NCBI GenBank assembly: GCA_963514005.1
Contig: OY740797.1
Location: 20,274,001-20,338,000, forward strand
Length of the DNA stretch: 64,000 bases
Direction of reading: 5' to 3'
Source of the DNA: Raja brachyura
Lineage: Eukaryota
Part shown: one piece after another, positions 1-11,800 of the stretch
Numbering within the stretch: the stretch's first letter is position 1
Layout of the letters: every line of letters begins with the position of its first letter
Translations under genes and position numbers: made by a program
Notes under the pieces: generated by a model
The model's database searches: none
The model's input: the letters and a program-made list of their open reading frames with translations, nothing else
What the model was told of the DNA's origin: nothing

Positions 1-545
1 GAATATGTGGTAGAAAAATCATTTTTATGGCGTTTATTCGACCTATTAAGGACATCGGAAGCGTTTTCCAGAATTTAATTAAATTATGTAGTTTCTTAAG
101 TACAGGGTTATAGTTTGCTTAAAACATGTCTTGATATCTTCTAGTAATTTCAATACCCAAGTGTTTAATTTTTTCCACAGCTATTTTAAAAGGAAATTGT
201 ACGAGATGTGTAGAATCTTTCGGTTTTATTGACATGATTTTACTTTTATTCCAATTTATTCTATAACCTGAAAATGAACCGAAATCCTCAATTAAATTTA
301 AAATGTTGGGTATAGTGATATGAGGCTTTGTGATGTACAAAAGTACATCATCAGCGTATAATGATATTTTATTGTTTGAATATTTTGTCTTATATCCGTG
401 TATATTTGGATGAGTTCTAATTATTTCCACTAGTGGTTCAATTATGAGGGCAAATAACAATGGTGATAATGAACAACCTTGTCTATTACCCCTTGACAGT
501 TGAAATTTCGTGGATAAAATATTATTAGTTAATATTCTGGCCGTT
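1..545 (-). mobile_element. L1-clade LINE ORF2 (RT) fragment, running off the window start
   Basis: Translation includes RGNRQGCSLSPLLFALIIEPL...KISLYADDVLLY...FSGYRINWNKS, typical of L1 RT. Confidence 0.85.
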
Positions 546-736
546 GGCCATCAGACCGTATTTATGACGAGAAACGTTTTCATGTGAATGTTCTTGAGAC
601 ATCAATTTCCTTTTCTTCTGCTATTGTAATGTGAATAGGTGGTAGAATTTGTGTTTTACTCTGGTAATATTTCGACACTATTTTCGTGACAAAGGTTAAT
701 TCCTGGGCTGGCGGGACAGTCATATGTTGAAAGAAT

Positions 737-1162
737 GGAGTGACTGGGCTTGTATACACTGAAATTGAGAAGGATGAGAGTGGATCTTATTGAAACATAG
801 AAGACTATTATGGGATTGGACATGTTAGAAGCAGGAAACATGTTCCCAATGTTGGGGGAGTCCAGTACCAGGAGCCAGAGTTTAAGAATAAGGCGTAGGC
901 CATTTTGAACGGAGATGAGGAAAATCTTTTACACCCAGAGTTGTGAATCTGTGGAATTCTCTGCGTCAGAAGACAGTGGAGGCCAATTTTCTGGATGCTT
1001 ACAAGAGAGAGTTAGATACAGTTATTAAAGATAGTGGAGTCAAGGGATATGGGGAGATAGCAGGAACGGGGTACTGATTATGTATGATCAGCCATGATCA
1101 CAGCGAATGGCGGTGCTGGCTCAAAGGGCCGAATGGCCTACTCCTGCACCTATTGTCTATTG
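737..1162 (+). mobile_element. CR1 LINE 3' end (CTATTGT-tailed family)
   Basis: Degenerate CR1 ORF2 C-terminus, 3'UTR GATCAGCCATGATC...GAATGGCCTACTCCTGC, tail cctattgtctattg. Confidence 0.85.
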
Positions 1163-1229
1163 ACATTGCTTTATCATAATTTCCCAATACAATAACAGAT
1201 GTTTACCTACCTCTTTAAAATCCAACATA

Positions 1230-1880
1230 AGGTAACTAAAAACATTAACATTTATTGAGAGAGGACTGAAATATTAAAAAAAAAACAGGGATATAATGCT
1301 GCGGCTTCATAAGGCAATGTTCAGACCATGTTAGAGTATTGTAAACAGTTTTGGGCCCCCATATCTGAGGAGGGATTTTCTGGCGTTGAGATTTACGAGA
1401 TGAGATTTACGAGAATTATCCAGGGACCGATTGAGTTAATGTATATTGAGCGATTGACAGTTCTAGGCATACACAATCTGTAGTTTAGAAGTATATGGAG
1501 GGGACCTTATTGCAACTTACCAAATAGTGAAGGACCTGGATAGAGTGGATGTGGACAGGGTGTTTCCAGGACTGGGAGAGTCTAAGACCAGTGGGCAGTC
1601 TCATAACAAAAGGACATTTGTTTAGAAAGGAGACAAGGAGGAATTTCTTAAGTCAGAGGGTGATGAAACTGCGGAATTAATTACCTCGGATGGCCGTGGC
1701 GGCCAAGACTTATGTATTTTTAAAGCTGATTAGTATGTATGTGATAGGTTATGAGGCGAAGACGGGAAAATGAGGTTGAAAGGGAAATATTGATCAGTCA
1801 TGGTTGAATGGCCCAGTAGCCTCGCCGGGTCGAATTATCTTAGTCTGCTCCTATGACTTATGAACATGAATTTATGAACT
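1230..1880 (+). mobile_element. Old CR1 3' fragment
   Basis: Decayed similarity to the other CR1 copies; (TTATGAA)n-like tail at about 1850-1880. Confidence 0.7.
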
Positions 1881-2458
1881 TTGTATATTAAGTTCCATTG
1901 CACTTCACGTCAGAATTATAACATTTAGGGAGATGAGTTAGGTGATGCCAGAGTGAATTGGCCAAGGCCATTTAAAATATGTGATCTGAGTAACATTCTC
2001 CAAATAAAGAAGTAGACAATGAGCATTTGTTCACTTTCAGTTAATGCTGACAACACTGGAGCGATTGCATCCTTCTTAGGGCAAAACTGCACAATTTAAC
2101 CGACTGCAACTCAATGAACATTCAAGGAAATATTTTCTTGGACTTATTGGATTTCCATAGGTTAAAGATCCATTGTGAATTTTGAAGGAATTAAAACAAT
2201 ATTAATTTGATTTTATAAAATCGGACATTGCGTTTCCAATTTTGGTGAGATGAGTGAAGTGGAACCGAATTTCATAAAAGAGGATAGGCATGCGGAGTTT
2301 CAACCCCCTTGTTCGCAGAATGTAGATAGAGCGATAGAACAGATATACTGAACATTACATACACAAAAATGCATTAAAGGACATCTTCACAGTGATTCGG
2401 TTTGCAAACCATTATATTCCATGATAAATTCTTCCTTCTCCAATTATATTTCGCTTAC

Positions 2459-2779
2459 CATATACTATTAGACGTGATCCGGTTGAATTTCTTGGAGCCA
2501 TTCCTTTACGAATCACCGAACACTGATACACACCAGAATCTTGAATTTTTGCATTCTTCAACTCAAAGTACCCGCTTGCTCGACCTCCCACGCCAAAACG
2601 TTTCCTGTCGTCGGTACCTTCACGTTGGTATTCGTTCTCGCCCTGTTTCCACCATTTGACTCTTACCCGAGATTGGTCTTGAGAAATGGGGAATATGCAG
2701 TAGAATGTGGCGTTCCCTCCTTTGAGTAAAATCACTTCTTTGGGCATTTGCTCTACGTTGTGTGAAATCTGCCCCCCAC
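2459..2779 (-). CDS. Ig V-set (germline VJ-type) domain exon of an NKp30/NCR3-like receptor
   Basis: Acceptor tttcctaacAG|GT, donor TATG|GTAAG, 321 nt, phase 1-1. (G)GGQISHNVEQMPKEVILLKGGNATFYC...VKWWK...LKNAKIQDSGVYQC...NSTGSRLIVY has the B-strand Cys, C-strand Trp, DxGxYxC and a J-like G strand. Confidence 0.85.
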
Positions 2780-2926
2780 CTGTTAGGAAACACAGTCAAG
2801 GAAAGGTGATTATGTTGATGACGGTAGAATAAAAGGGACGACCTTACATGTAGCTACATTAAGGTGTAAACGTGTCGGAAATTATTTTATAAGCCAAAGC
2901 AGAGGGAAGAACGAACAAAGTTGTAC

Positions 2927-2981
2927 CTGTGCAAATATTCCCAACGACTGCTAGTAAGTGAAATATCATACTGGTTTCCAT
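2927..2981 (-). CDS. Leader (signal peptide) exon of the Ig-V receptor gene
   Basis: GCCGCCGGT-ATG-G start context; METSMIFHLLAVVGNICT+G; donor CAG|GTACAA; phase 1 splices in frame to the V exon across a 147-nt intron. Absent from the ORF track. Confidence 0.75.
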
Positions 2982-3586
2982 ACCGGCGGCCAGCTACAAC
3001 TAGTTTGTCTGCAGAAAGCAGCGTTGGCAAGTGTAAAGTGAGGGCGTGTTTTACAGCTGATGAAGGATGATTCATATCCTGTCACCGAAGGTTGCAAATA
3101 GCATTTGACTGGTTGGATTTCGAACGTCTTCCAAAATCAAATCGGCCGCACGTAGCAAAGTGGAAATTATAATTTAATTTGTATTCTTCTTAGTGCTTTT
3201 CCTCCTACTCTCAATCTTAAATTTATCATATAAGACATAGAAAATTGGCAAGATTTCAAGCAGACATGCCCCATTTATGTCCACAATTTAGTTCGTTAAT
3301 ACCATTTTTTTTGCAACGTTTGGACTGTCATCGATATTCAAAATCCATTTATATATAAGTAGGAATTTTTCGCAGACTGCATAAAATAAATGCACGATAC
3401 GCTGGTTGTTGACTCGAACGTGTGCTCCATCGATCAACATCTGCTTATGTGTCAATCCGTGATCACTTGTGTTCCCGGTTGTGATTCAGTGGGCGATTGG
3501 GCAGATGCACTGGAACCTAGCGTTGATCAAGCCGGATTCTCGTTGCATCGTGTAGGAAAGAACTGCCGACGCTGGGATAATTCGAA

Positions 3587-3774
3587 GGTACACACAAGAT
3601 GCTGGAGTCAGCGGGACAGGCAGCATCTCTGGAGAGGATGAATGGGTGACGTTTCGGGACGAGACCCTTCTTCAGATTCAGTCTGAATAAGGGTCTCGAC
3701 CCGAAACGTCACCTATCTCCTTCGCTCCTTAGATTCTGCTGCACCTGCTGAGTTTCTCCAGCCTTTTGTGTACC
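3587..3774. mobile_element. Palindromic Penelope-derived short element with two head-to-head hammerhead-like cores
   Basis: Imperfect inverted arms; minus-strand core CTGAAGAAGGGTCTCGTCCCGAAACGTC (3648-3675), plus-strand core CTGAATAAGGGTCTCGACCCGAAACGTC (3683-3710). Confidence 0.75.
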
Positions 3775-3775
3775 C

Positions 3776-4080
3776 CCCCTTCTTCAGACTGACGTCAGGT
3801 GAATGGGCGGGACGGAGATAGAATGTAGTCGGAGACAGTAAGACTAGTGGGAGAACTGGGAAAGGGGAGGAGATGGAGAGAGAGGGAAAGCAAGGGCTAT
3901 TTGAAGTTATAGAAGTATGAGGTGCTGTCCCTCCAATTTGCGCTGGGCCTCACTCTGACAATGGAGGAGGCCCAGGACAGAATGGTCAGATTGGGAATGG
4001 GAGGGGGAGTTAAAGTGCTGAGCAACCGGGTAATCAGGTAACTTAAGGCGGGGGTGTTCGGCGAAACGATCGCGGAAAGA
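3776..4080 (-). mobile_element. Penelope-like element 3' fragment (GIY-YIG endonuclease C-terminus and 3' end)
   Basis: DRFAEH...PVAQHFNSPSHSQSDHSVLGLLHCQSEAQRKLEGQHLI resembles vertebrate PLE endonuclease C-termini; ends in tcagtctgaagaagg. Confidence 0.8.
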
Positions 4081-5461
4081 CTCATTGCATCCTTCAACTT
4101 CACACAGCTCAGACAATCATTCCCAGCCGTTAGAACAGCTTCGCTTCTCTAACGACCGACCAACATAATCATCTTACGGCGGATTGAACAACGAGAATAA
4201 ATAGTTTATGCGTGCAAAACATCGTTTGTGGAAACAGTACGGATTGGTGGTTGTGCTCGTATAACTATTAACTGATCAGTTTCTAATGCGCGGTATTCAT
4301 GACTTAAGCATAACTTTGAAAATTGTAAGTGAATTCCTAACATTATCAAGCGCATAAGCCTAACATTCGTTCTGCTGATTACATGTTATATAATATGAAA
4401 ATGATGATCAAGAATTTCGTCTGAAATATATATGTGTTCTTTGGTTATTCCACACTCTGGCATTTTCAGTTTTATTGGATTAGGGGAATAATATAGCAAT
4501 TTTCTTTCACTTTAATCTGTAATTGAAACACATGTCAAACTACGATTTTTATTTCTCTCTTGATAAAGGTTGAACGATGTATTTCAGTTTCGTGAACAGT
4601 TTGCGCAAAACGGAGCCTGAATTGAAAGAAAAATTCACTTTTATTTACTTCACGCATCTGTAATAATGTTTATCAATAAAATATTTTACTCCGCATTCTC
4701 CCCTTTTTTATTGGCCAGGGTGCGACTCGTCCATGATGATGGATATCCACACAATATATTTGTATCGGTTTTTAATTAATTAAGGGTTAACTCTAAGCAA
4801 TATACATACGTGACAAGAGCAGGAGGGCAAGGGACATTCGATATTTATTGTTTCACAGACACGCTGCACGATTTCGAGAAAAGGAAAACACCAGCAGATG
4901 TTGGAGAAAAGGGAAAATGCTGCAAATATTCGGCACATCAGCCCGCAACTGAATATCGATAATTTCAAGCCTTATTACAAAATATTGTGTGACTTATGTC
5001 TGTCATCCGCTATGTGAAACCTTGCTCCTTGGGATCACTTTCCACTCATCTTCTGGTTTTAGACTCCCCTCCGCTGGCAAAAATAAGGTGGCCGTCCATT
5101 TTATCTATGCTCATTATTTTATAGATCTCCATAAGATCCCTCTCAGACTCCCCCGCTCCAATGAGGGGGGGCATCTTAGCCAGCCTCTCGTAGCAAACCC
5201 AAACATTTGTTCTATAGAAGATAATTTAAGGATACTTTGTCAGGCGGATAAAATATATTCAACACTTAGAAATAACATCACATTTATAATGTGTTTCAGA
5301 GTACCAATGGAGTGTGGTCGGAGGGTTGGAATCTTTCCATTTAAATAAAATAGATCTTCTGGCGATTAATGTGGTAAAAGCTATCAACCGATGGGCGGAG
5401 TGGGATAAATGAATAGAATCTAACATTGGTAGCTAAAATTGCAATAATAGGATGAGGTTGT

Positions 5462-8400
5462 AAATAGTAAGATTAAACAAGAACTTACCAGTTTGAAGTT
5501 TGATCTTGATTTCATGAGGAGTTGGTGATTACATGAAGAACCCCATTCAGGCCGTATGCGCGTCAATCTTCAAAGCAGCGGTATGAAATCACAAATAACA
5601 ATCACCAAAGTGACATAGTAAGATGCGTGACCCGAGAACTACCAGATGAGCGAGGGTTGGGTGTGGCGGGCATGTATTCACCAACGTAACTCCTCATAAA
5701 ATCAAGATGAAACTTCAAACTGGTAAGTTCTCCTTTAATCTTACTATTTTACTTCGGAGTCACATGAGTGATTCCGTAAAGAGTTAAAGCTTTGTGATTT
5801 CATGCCGCAGATCGAAATCTCGGTGTCTCACTGCATCGATTGACTCGGGATGAGTGAATAATCAAAATGCATTAGCATGATATTGATTCAAATGTATTAA
5901 TGGTTTACATTAATAAATAAATCAATAGCAACCCCTGTAACTCAGGGGAGGCTAAAGTGGACGCAAACAGAATGGGCAAAACCCCGGGTCAGTAACCGGC
6001 TACGGAAAAAAATGTAAAATCAATTTAGTTGACCATCCTGCAGTCGCGAGGATGTGATCGATAGGCATGTCCATTGCCCTGGCCACTGACGTTGATGCTG
6101 AGATAGCAGATATTAGTAGTAAGCACAAGGTAGTGATTGTGGGAGATTTCAATTTTCCAAAAATAGACTGGAAAACACATTCTGTAAATGGGCTGGATGG
6201 TTTGGAGTTTGCAAAATGTGTGCAGGATAGTTTTTTGCTGCAATACATAGAGGTATTGACCAGAGAAGGGGCAGTGCTGGACCTCCTGTTAGGAAATGAG
6301 GCAGGTCAGGTGACGGAGGTATGCGTTGGTGAGCACTTCGGGACCAGTGATCACAATACCATTAGTTTCAATATAATTATGCAGAGAGTCAGAACTGGAC
6401 CTAGGGTTGAGATTTTTGATTGGAGAAAGGCTAACTTTGAGGGAATGCGTAAGGATTTAAAAGGAGTGAATTGGGACATTTTGTTTTATGGGAAGGATGT
6501 AGAAGAGAAATGGAGGACATTTAAAGGGGAAATTGTAAGAGTACAGAATCTTTATGTCCCTGTTCGGTTGAAAGGAAATAGTAAAGATTGGAAAGAGCCA
6601 TGGTTTTCAAGGGAAATTGGACACTAGGTTCGAAAAAAGAGAGAAATCTTATCAATAATTATAGGAGGCATGGAGTAAATGAGGTGCTAGAGGAGTATAA
6701 AGAGTGTAAAAAGAATCTTAAGAAAGAAATTAGAAAAGCTAAAAGAAGATATGAGGTTGCTTTGGCAAGAAAGGTGAAAGTAAATCCAAAGGGTTTCTAC
6801 AGCTATATAAATAGCAAAAGGATAACGAGGGATAAAATTGGACCATTAGAGAGCCAGAATGGACAGCTATCTGCAGAGCCAAAAGAGATGGGGGAGATAT
6901 TGAACAATTTATTTTCTTCGGTATTCACCAAGGAGAAGTATATTGAACTCTGAGGTAAGGGAAAAAAGTAGAGTAGCTATGGAAACTATGAGATTCAAAG
7001 AGGGAGAAGTACTGACACTTTTGAAAAATATAAAAGTGGATAAGTCTCCAGGTCCTGACAGGATATTCCCTAGGACATTGAAGGAAGTTAGTGTAGAAAT
7101 AGCAGGGGCTATGAGAGAAATATTTCAAATGTCATTAGAAACGGGAATTCTGCTGAAGGATTGGCGTACTGCGCATGCTGTTCCATTGTTTAAAAAGGGT
7201 TCAAAGAATAAACCTAGCAATTATAGACCTGTTAGTTTGATGTTAGTGGTGGGCAAATTAATGGAAAGGATACTTAGAGATAATATATATAAGCATTTGG
7301 ATAAACAGGGTGTGATCAGGAACAGTCAACATGGATTTGTGCCTGGAAGGTCATGTTTGACAAACCTTCTTGAATTTTTTGAAGAGGTTACTAGGGAAAT
7401 TGATGAGGGTAAAGCAGTGGATGGTGTCTATATGGATTTCAGTAAGGCCTTTGACAAGGTTCCCCATGGAAGGTTGGTTAAGAAGGTTCAATCTGTGGGT
7501 GTTAATGGCAGAGTAGCAAGATGGATTCAACAGAGGCTGAATGGGAGATACCAGAGAGTAATGGTGGATGTTTGTCAGGTTGGAAGCCAGTGACCAGTGG
7601 GGTGCCTCAGGGATCTGTGTTGGGTCCACTGTTGTTTGTCATGTACATCAATGATCTGGGTGATGGGGTGGAAAATTGGATAAGTAAGTATGCAGATGAT
7701 ACTAAGATAGGTGGTGTTGTGGATAATGAAGTAGATTTTCAAAGTCTACAGAGAGATTTGGGCCATTTGGAAGAGTGGGCTGAAAGATGGCAGATGGAGT
7801 TTAATGCTGATAAGTGTGAGGTGCTACATCTTGACAGGACATATCAAAATAGGACGTACATAGTAAATGGTAGGGAATTGAGGAACAGAGGGATCTAGCA
7901 ATAACTGTGCATAGTTCCCTGAAGGTGGAATCGCATGTAAATAGGATGGTAAAGAAAGCATTTGGTGTGCTGGCCTTTATAATTCAGAGCATTGAATATA
8001 GGAATAGGGAGGTAATGTTAAAATCGTACAAAGCATTGGTAAGACCAATTCTGGAGTATGGTGTACAATTTTGGTCGCCTAATTATAGGAAGGATGTCAA
8101 CAAAATAGAGAGAGTACAGAGGAGATTTACTAGAATGTTGCCTGGGTTCCAGCAACTAAGTTACAGAGAAAGGTTGAACAAGTTAGGTCTTTATTCTTTG
8201 GAGCGCAGAAGGTTAAGGGGGGACTTGATTGAGGTCTTTAAAATGATGAAAGGGATAGACAGAGTTGGCATGGATAAGCTTTTCCCATTGAGGGTAGGGA
8301 AGATTCAAACAAGAGGGCATGACATGAGAATTAAGGGACAGAATTTAGGGGTAACATGAGGGGGAACTTCTTTACTCAGAGAGTGGTGGCTGTGTGGAAT

Positions 8401-8828
8401 GATCTTCCAGCAGAAGTGGTGGAGGCAGGTTCGATTTTAACATTTAAAAGTAAAATGGATAGGTATATGGATGGGAAGGGAATGGAGGGGTATGGTCTGG
8501 GAGCCGCTGACTACTTTGTTAGCAGTTCCTTATCTCACAACCCAATCTTTTTGCCGGTTATCCACTTCCGCGGTCGGACTGGGTTTCCCCACAATCCATA
8601 ACCGGTACACTCGTTGGGCTGTGAAACTGGCAGGAAACCTCTGTGAAGAGAGGCTCCTGCCTGAAAAAAACCCTGGTAAGTAAAAACAAACTTACCTTTT
8701 AGGTTTAACTTACCGCTGGCAGGAGCGCTGTCCTGCCAGTCTGCTGCTTGCGCCAGTGCGGCTGATGTACTGATGCGCATGCGGCCTGAATGGGTTCTTC
8801 ACGGAATCACTCACATGACTCCAAAGTA
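5462..8828 (-). mobile_element. DIRS1-type tyrosine-recombinase retrotransposon, internally deleted (ITRs, 3' extension, ICR and YR C-terminus retained)
   Basis: ITR pair 5525-5565 vs 8771-8810; ICR 5688-5783 complementary to both the terminal 5462-5523 segment and the 8800-8828 end; YR motif ASTSVARAMDMPIDHILATAGWS at about 6000-6098. Confidence 0.8.
6100..8499 (+). mobile_element. CR1 ORF2 (EN+RT), frameshifted, truncated at both ends, inside the DIRS shell
   Basis: VVIVGDFNFP, GTSDHN, YMDFSKAFDKVPH, SGVPQGSVLGP, KYADD; stops before the 3'UTR seen in the sister copy at 26283-27298. Confidence 0.92.
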
Positions 8829-11800
8829 CCTACGACTTCAGAAATAGTATCAAAAATGTTTTTCCAAAAGTGGGCAGGACCAAAACATATGGGTCACTGA
8901 GGCCACTTATATTTGTTATATTTGTCACAGGTAGGATTTAAATTACCATAAAAACGAGCTAACTTATCTTTTGACATATAAACTCTGTGAACCACCTTGA
9001 ATTGTATCAGAGCGTGCCTTACACACATTGAAGAGGTATTGACTAATTGAAGAATCCTCTCCCATTTCTCTATAGATAGAGAAATTTGATCTCTCTCCCA
9101 ATCATTCTTAATTTTATCAAATATATCTACAAATATTTTTCAAAATCAACTCATAAATAGTCGTTATTAATCCTTTCTGATAAGGGTTCAAATGTGAAAT
9201 GTTTTCCAAAATTTCAGTTTGATGTGGCAGCGAAAAAAAGTGTAGAGTAGCCTTCAGAAAATGTCTAATTTGTAAATATCTAAAAAAAATGTGAATTAGG
9301 TAAATTATATTTATTGGAGAGTTGTTCGAAAGACATAAAACAACCATCCAAAAACATATCACGAAAAGCTTCTAATCCCTTCCTCTTCCATAACAGAAAG
9401 GCTTGATCACTATTAGAAGGTTGGAAGAGAAAATTAGATAAGATAGGACTCGATATGATAAAATCATTTAGTCCAAAAAAATTACGAAATTGAAACAATA
9501 TTCGAAACGTATGTCTTATTATTGGGTTAGTTGTATATTTATTCAATCTCATAATTGTAAAAGGTAACGAGGCACCTAGAATAGAAGCCAATGATAGCCC
9601 TTGTTAGGAATCACATTCAAGATTTATCCATCCTGGGCATTGGGTATCTTCTAAATCTTTTGTCCAAAATATTAGATAACGAACATTGACTGCCCAATAG
9701 TAGAATTTAAGGTTCAGCAATGCCAAACCACCATCTTTTTTTGATTTCTGTAAGTATTTTTATTCTGCCATATATGAAGAAATTTTGGAATCAAAAATAT
9801 CAAAGAAAGATTTGGCAATAAAAATTGTTATCGACTGAAATAAATACAGAAATTTAGGTAAAATGAACATTTTAATAGCATTGATCCAGCCTATTAAAGA
9901 TAAGGACATTGGTGACCATTTAGTAAACTTTTGTTTAATATGGTCAATTAAAGGCATAAAATTAGCTTTAAATAAATCCTTGTGTTTCTTGGTGATCTTA
10001 ATACCTAGATAAGTAAAACTTTCAGTAGTCAATCTAAGTGGAAACTGTCCATAATACGAAACTAGATTATTTAATGGAAAAAGCTCACTATTACTAAGAT
10101 TTAATTTATAACCAGAAAAACCACTAAATTGATTAAGTAATGCTACTATTGCTGGAATAGATTTCTCAAGGTTAGAATTGAATAATAACAGATCATCTCC
10201 ATAAAGAGATAGCTTACGTGTCTTATTCCCGTGGAATAAAGGACAGCCCTGTCTAGTACCTCGAAAGAGCCTGAAAAAAGGGGATCTCTGATTATTAGTA
10301 AGTAAAGAAGCCTGAGGTATATGCTATATCAGCTTGATCCAAGAAATACATTTTGGACAAATCTTAAATTTTTCAAGTGTATTGAATAAGTATTCCCATC
10401 CTACTCTATCAAACGCCTTCTCGGCATCAAGTGAAATGACACATTCTGGGGTTTTATTTGACGCTGTACATACAATATTCAATATCTCCTAACGTTAAAG
10501 TATGAGTAACGATTTTTAATAAAACCTGTCTGATCTTCAGAGATAATTTGCGGTAAAATATTTTGGAATCTACATTTCATAGAATCATAGAAACATAGAA
10601 AATAGGTGCAGGAGTAGGCCATTCGGCCCTTCGAGCCTGCACCGCTATTTTATATGATCATGGCTGATCATCCAACTCAGTATCCTGTACCTGCCTTCTC
10701 TCCATACCCCCTGATCCCTTTAGCCACAAGGGCCACATCTAGCTCCCTCTTAAATATAGCCAATGAACTGGCCTCAACTACCTTCTGTGGCAGAGAATTC
10801 CACAGACTCACCACTCTCTGTGTGAAAAAAGATCTTCTCATCTCGGTCCTAAAAGACTTCCCCCTTATCCTTAAACTGTGACCCCTTGTTCTGGAGTTCC
10901 CCAACATCGGGAACAATCTTCCTGTATCTAGCCTGTCCAACCCCTTAAGAATTTTGTAAGCCTCTATAAGATCCCCCCTCAATCTCCTAAATTCCAGCGA
11001 GTACAAGCTGAGTCTATCCAGTCTTTCTTCATATGGAGGTTCTGCCATCCCATGAATCTGGTGAACCTTCTCTGTACTCCCTCTATGGCAAGAGTGTCTT
11101 TCCTCAGATTAGGAGACCAAAACTGTACGCAATACTCCAGGTGTGACCTCACCAAGACCCTGTACAACTGCAGTAGAACCTCCCTGCTCTTGTACTCAAA
11201 TCCTTTTACTATGAATGCCAACATACCATTTACTTTCTTCACAGCCTGCTGCACCTGCATGCCTACTTTCAATGACTAGTGTACCATGACACCCAGGTCT
11301 CGTTGCATCTCCCCTTTTCCTAATCGGCCACTATTCAGATAATAATCTACCCTTCTGTTTTTGCCACCAAAGTGGATAACCTCACATTTATCCACATTAT
11401 ACTGCATCTGCCATGCATTTGCCCACTCACCCAACCTATCCAAGTCACCTTGCAGCCTCCTAGCATCCTCCTCACAGCTAACACTGCCCCCCAGCTTCGT
11501 GTCATCCGCAAACTTGGAGATGTTGCATTTAACAGTGATATAGGTCTATATGATGTCATTTCAGTAGGGTTTTTATCTTTTTTAAGAATTTAAAAAATAG
11601 TGCTTCGTAAAAGGATTGTGGTAATCTTTTCCTTAAAAAGGCTTCTTTAAAAACCTTGCATAGCCAGGGAGACAATAAATTTGAAAAATATTTTTAAAAT
11701 TCTACTGTAAACCCATCTAAATCGGGAGCTTTACCAGAATTAATTGAAAAGATTGCTTTCTGTATTTCTTCTTCCGTGATGCATTCATCTAACAACATAG

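Noticed and set aside
2388-2410. CACAGTG heptamer near the V exon as a possible RSS
   Set aside because: Lies in the intron beyond the splice donor, not at a coding end; the best nonamer-like match is only 7 nt away, not 12 or 23
2412-2747. ORF-track 111-aa protein as a standalone gene
   Set aside because: It is an internal exon; the Met is internal and the tail after VYG is intron read-through
4780-4968. Hydrophobic ORF (MCRIFAAFSLF...) as the Ig leader
   Set aside because: No suitable phase-1 donor, overlaps repeat-like sequence, and a better leader exists at 2927-2981
6067-6627. 186-aa ORF as a novel fusion protein
   Set aside because: The first ~11 codons are antisense DIRS YR sequence accidentally in frame with a CR1 endonuclease fragment
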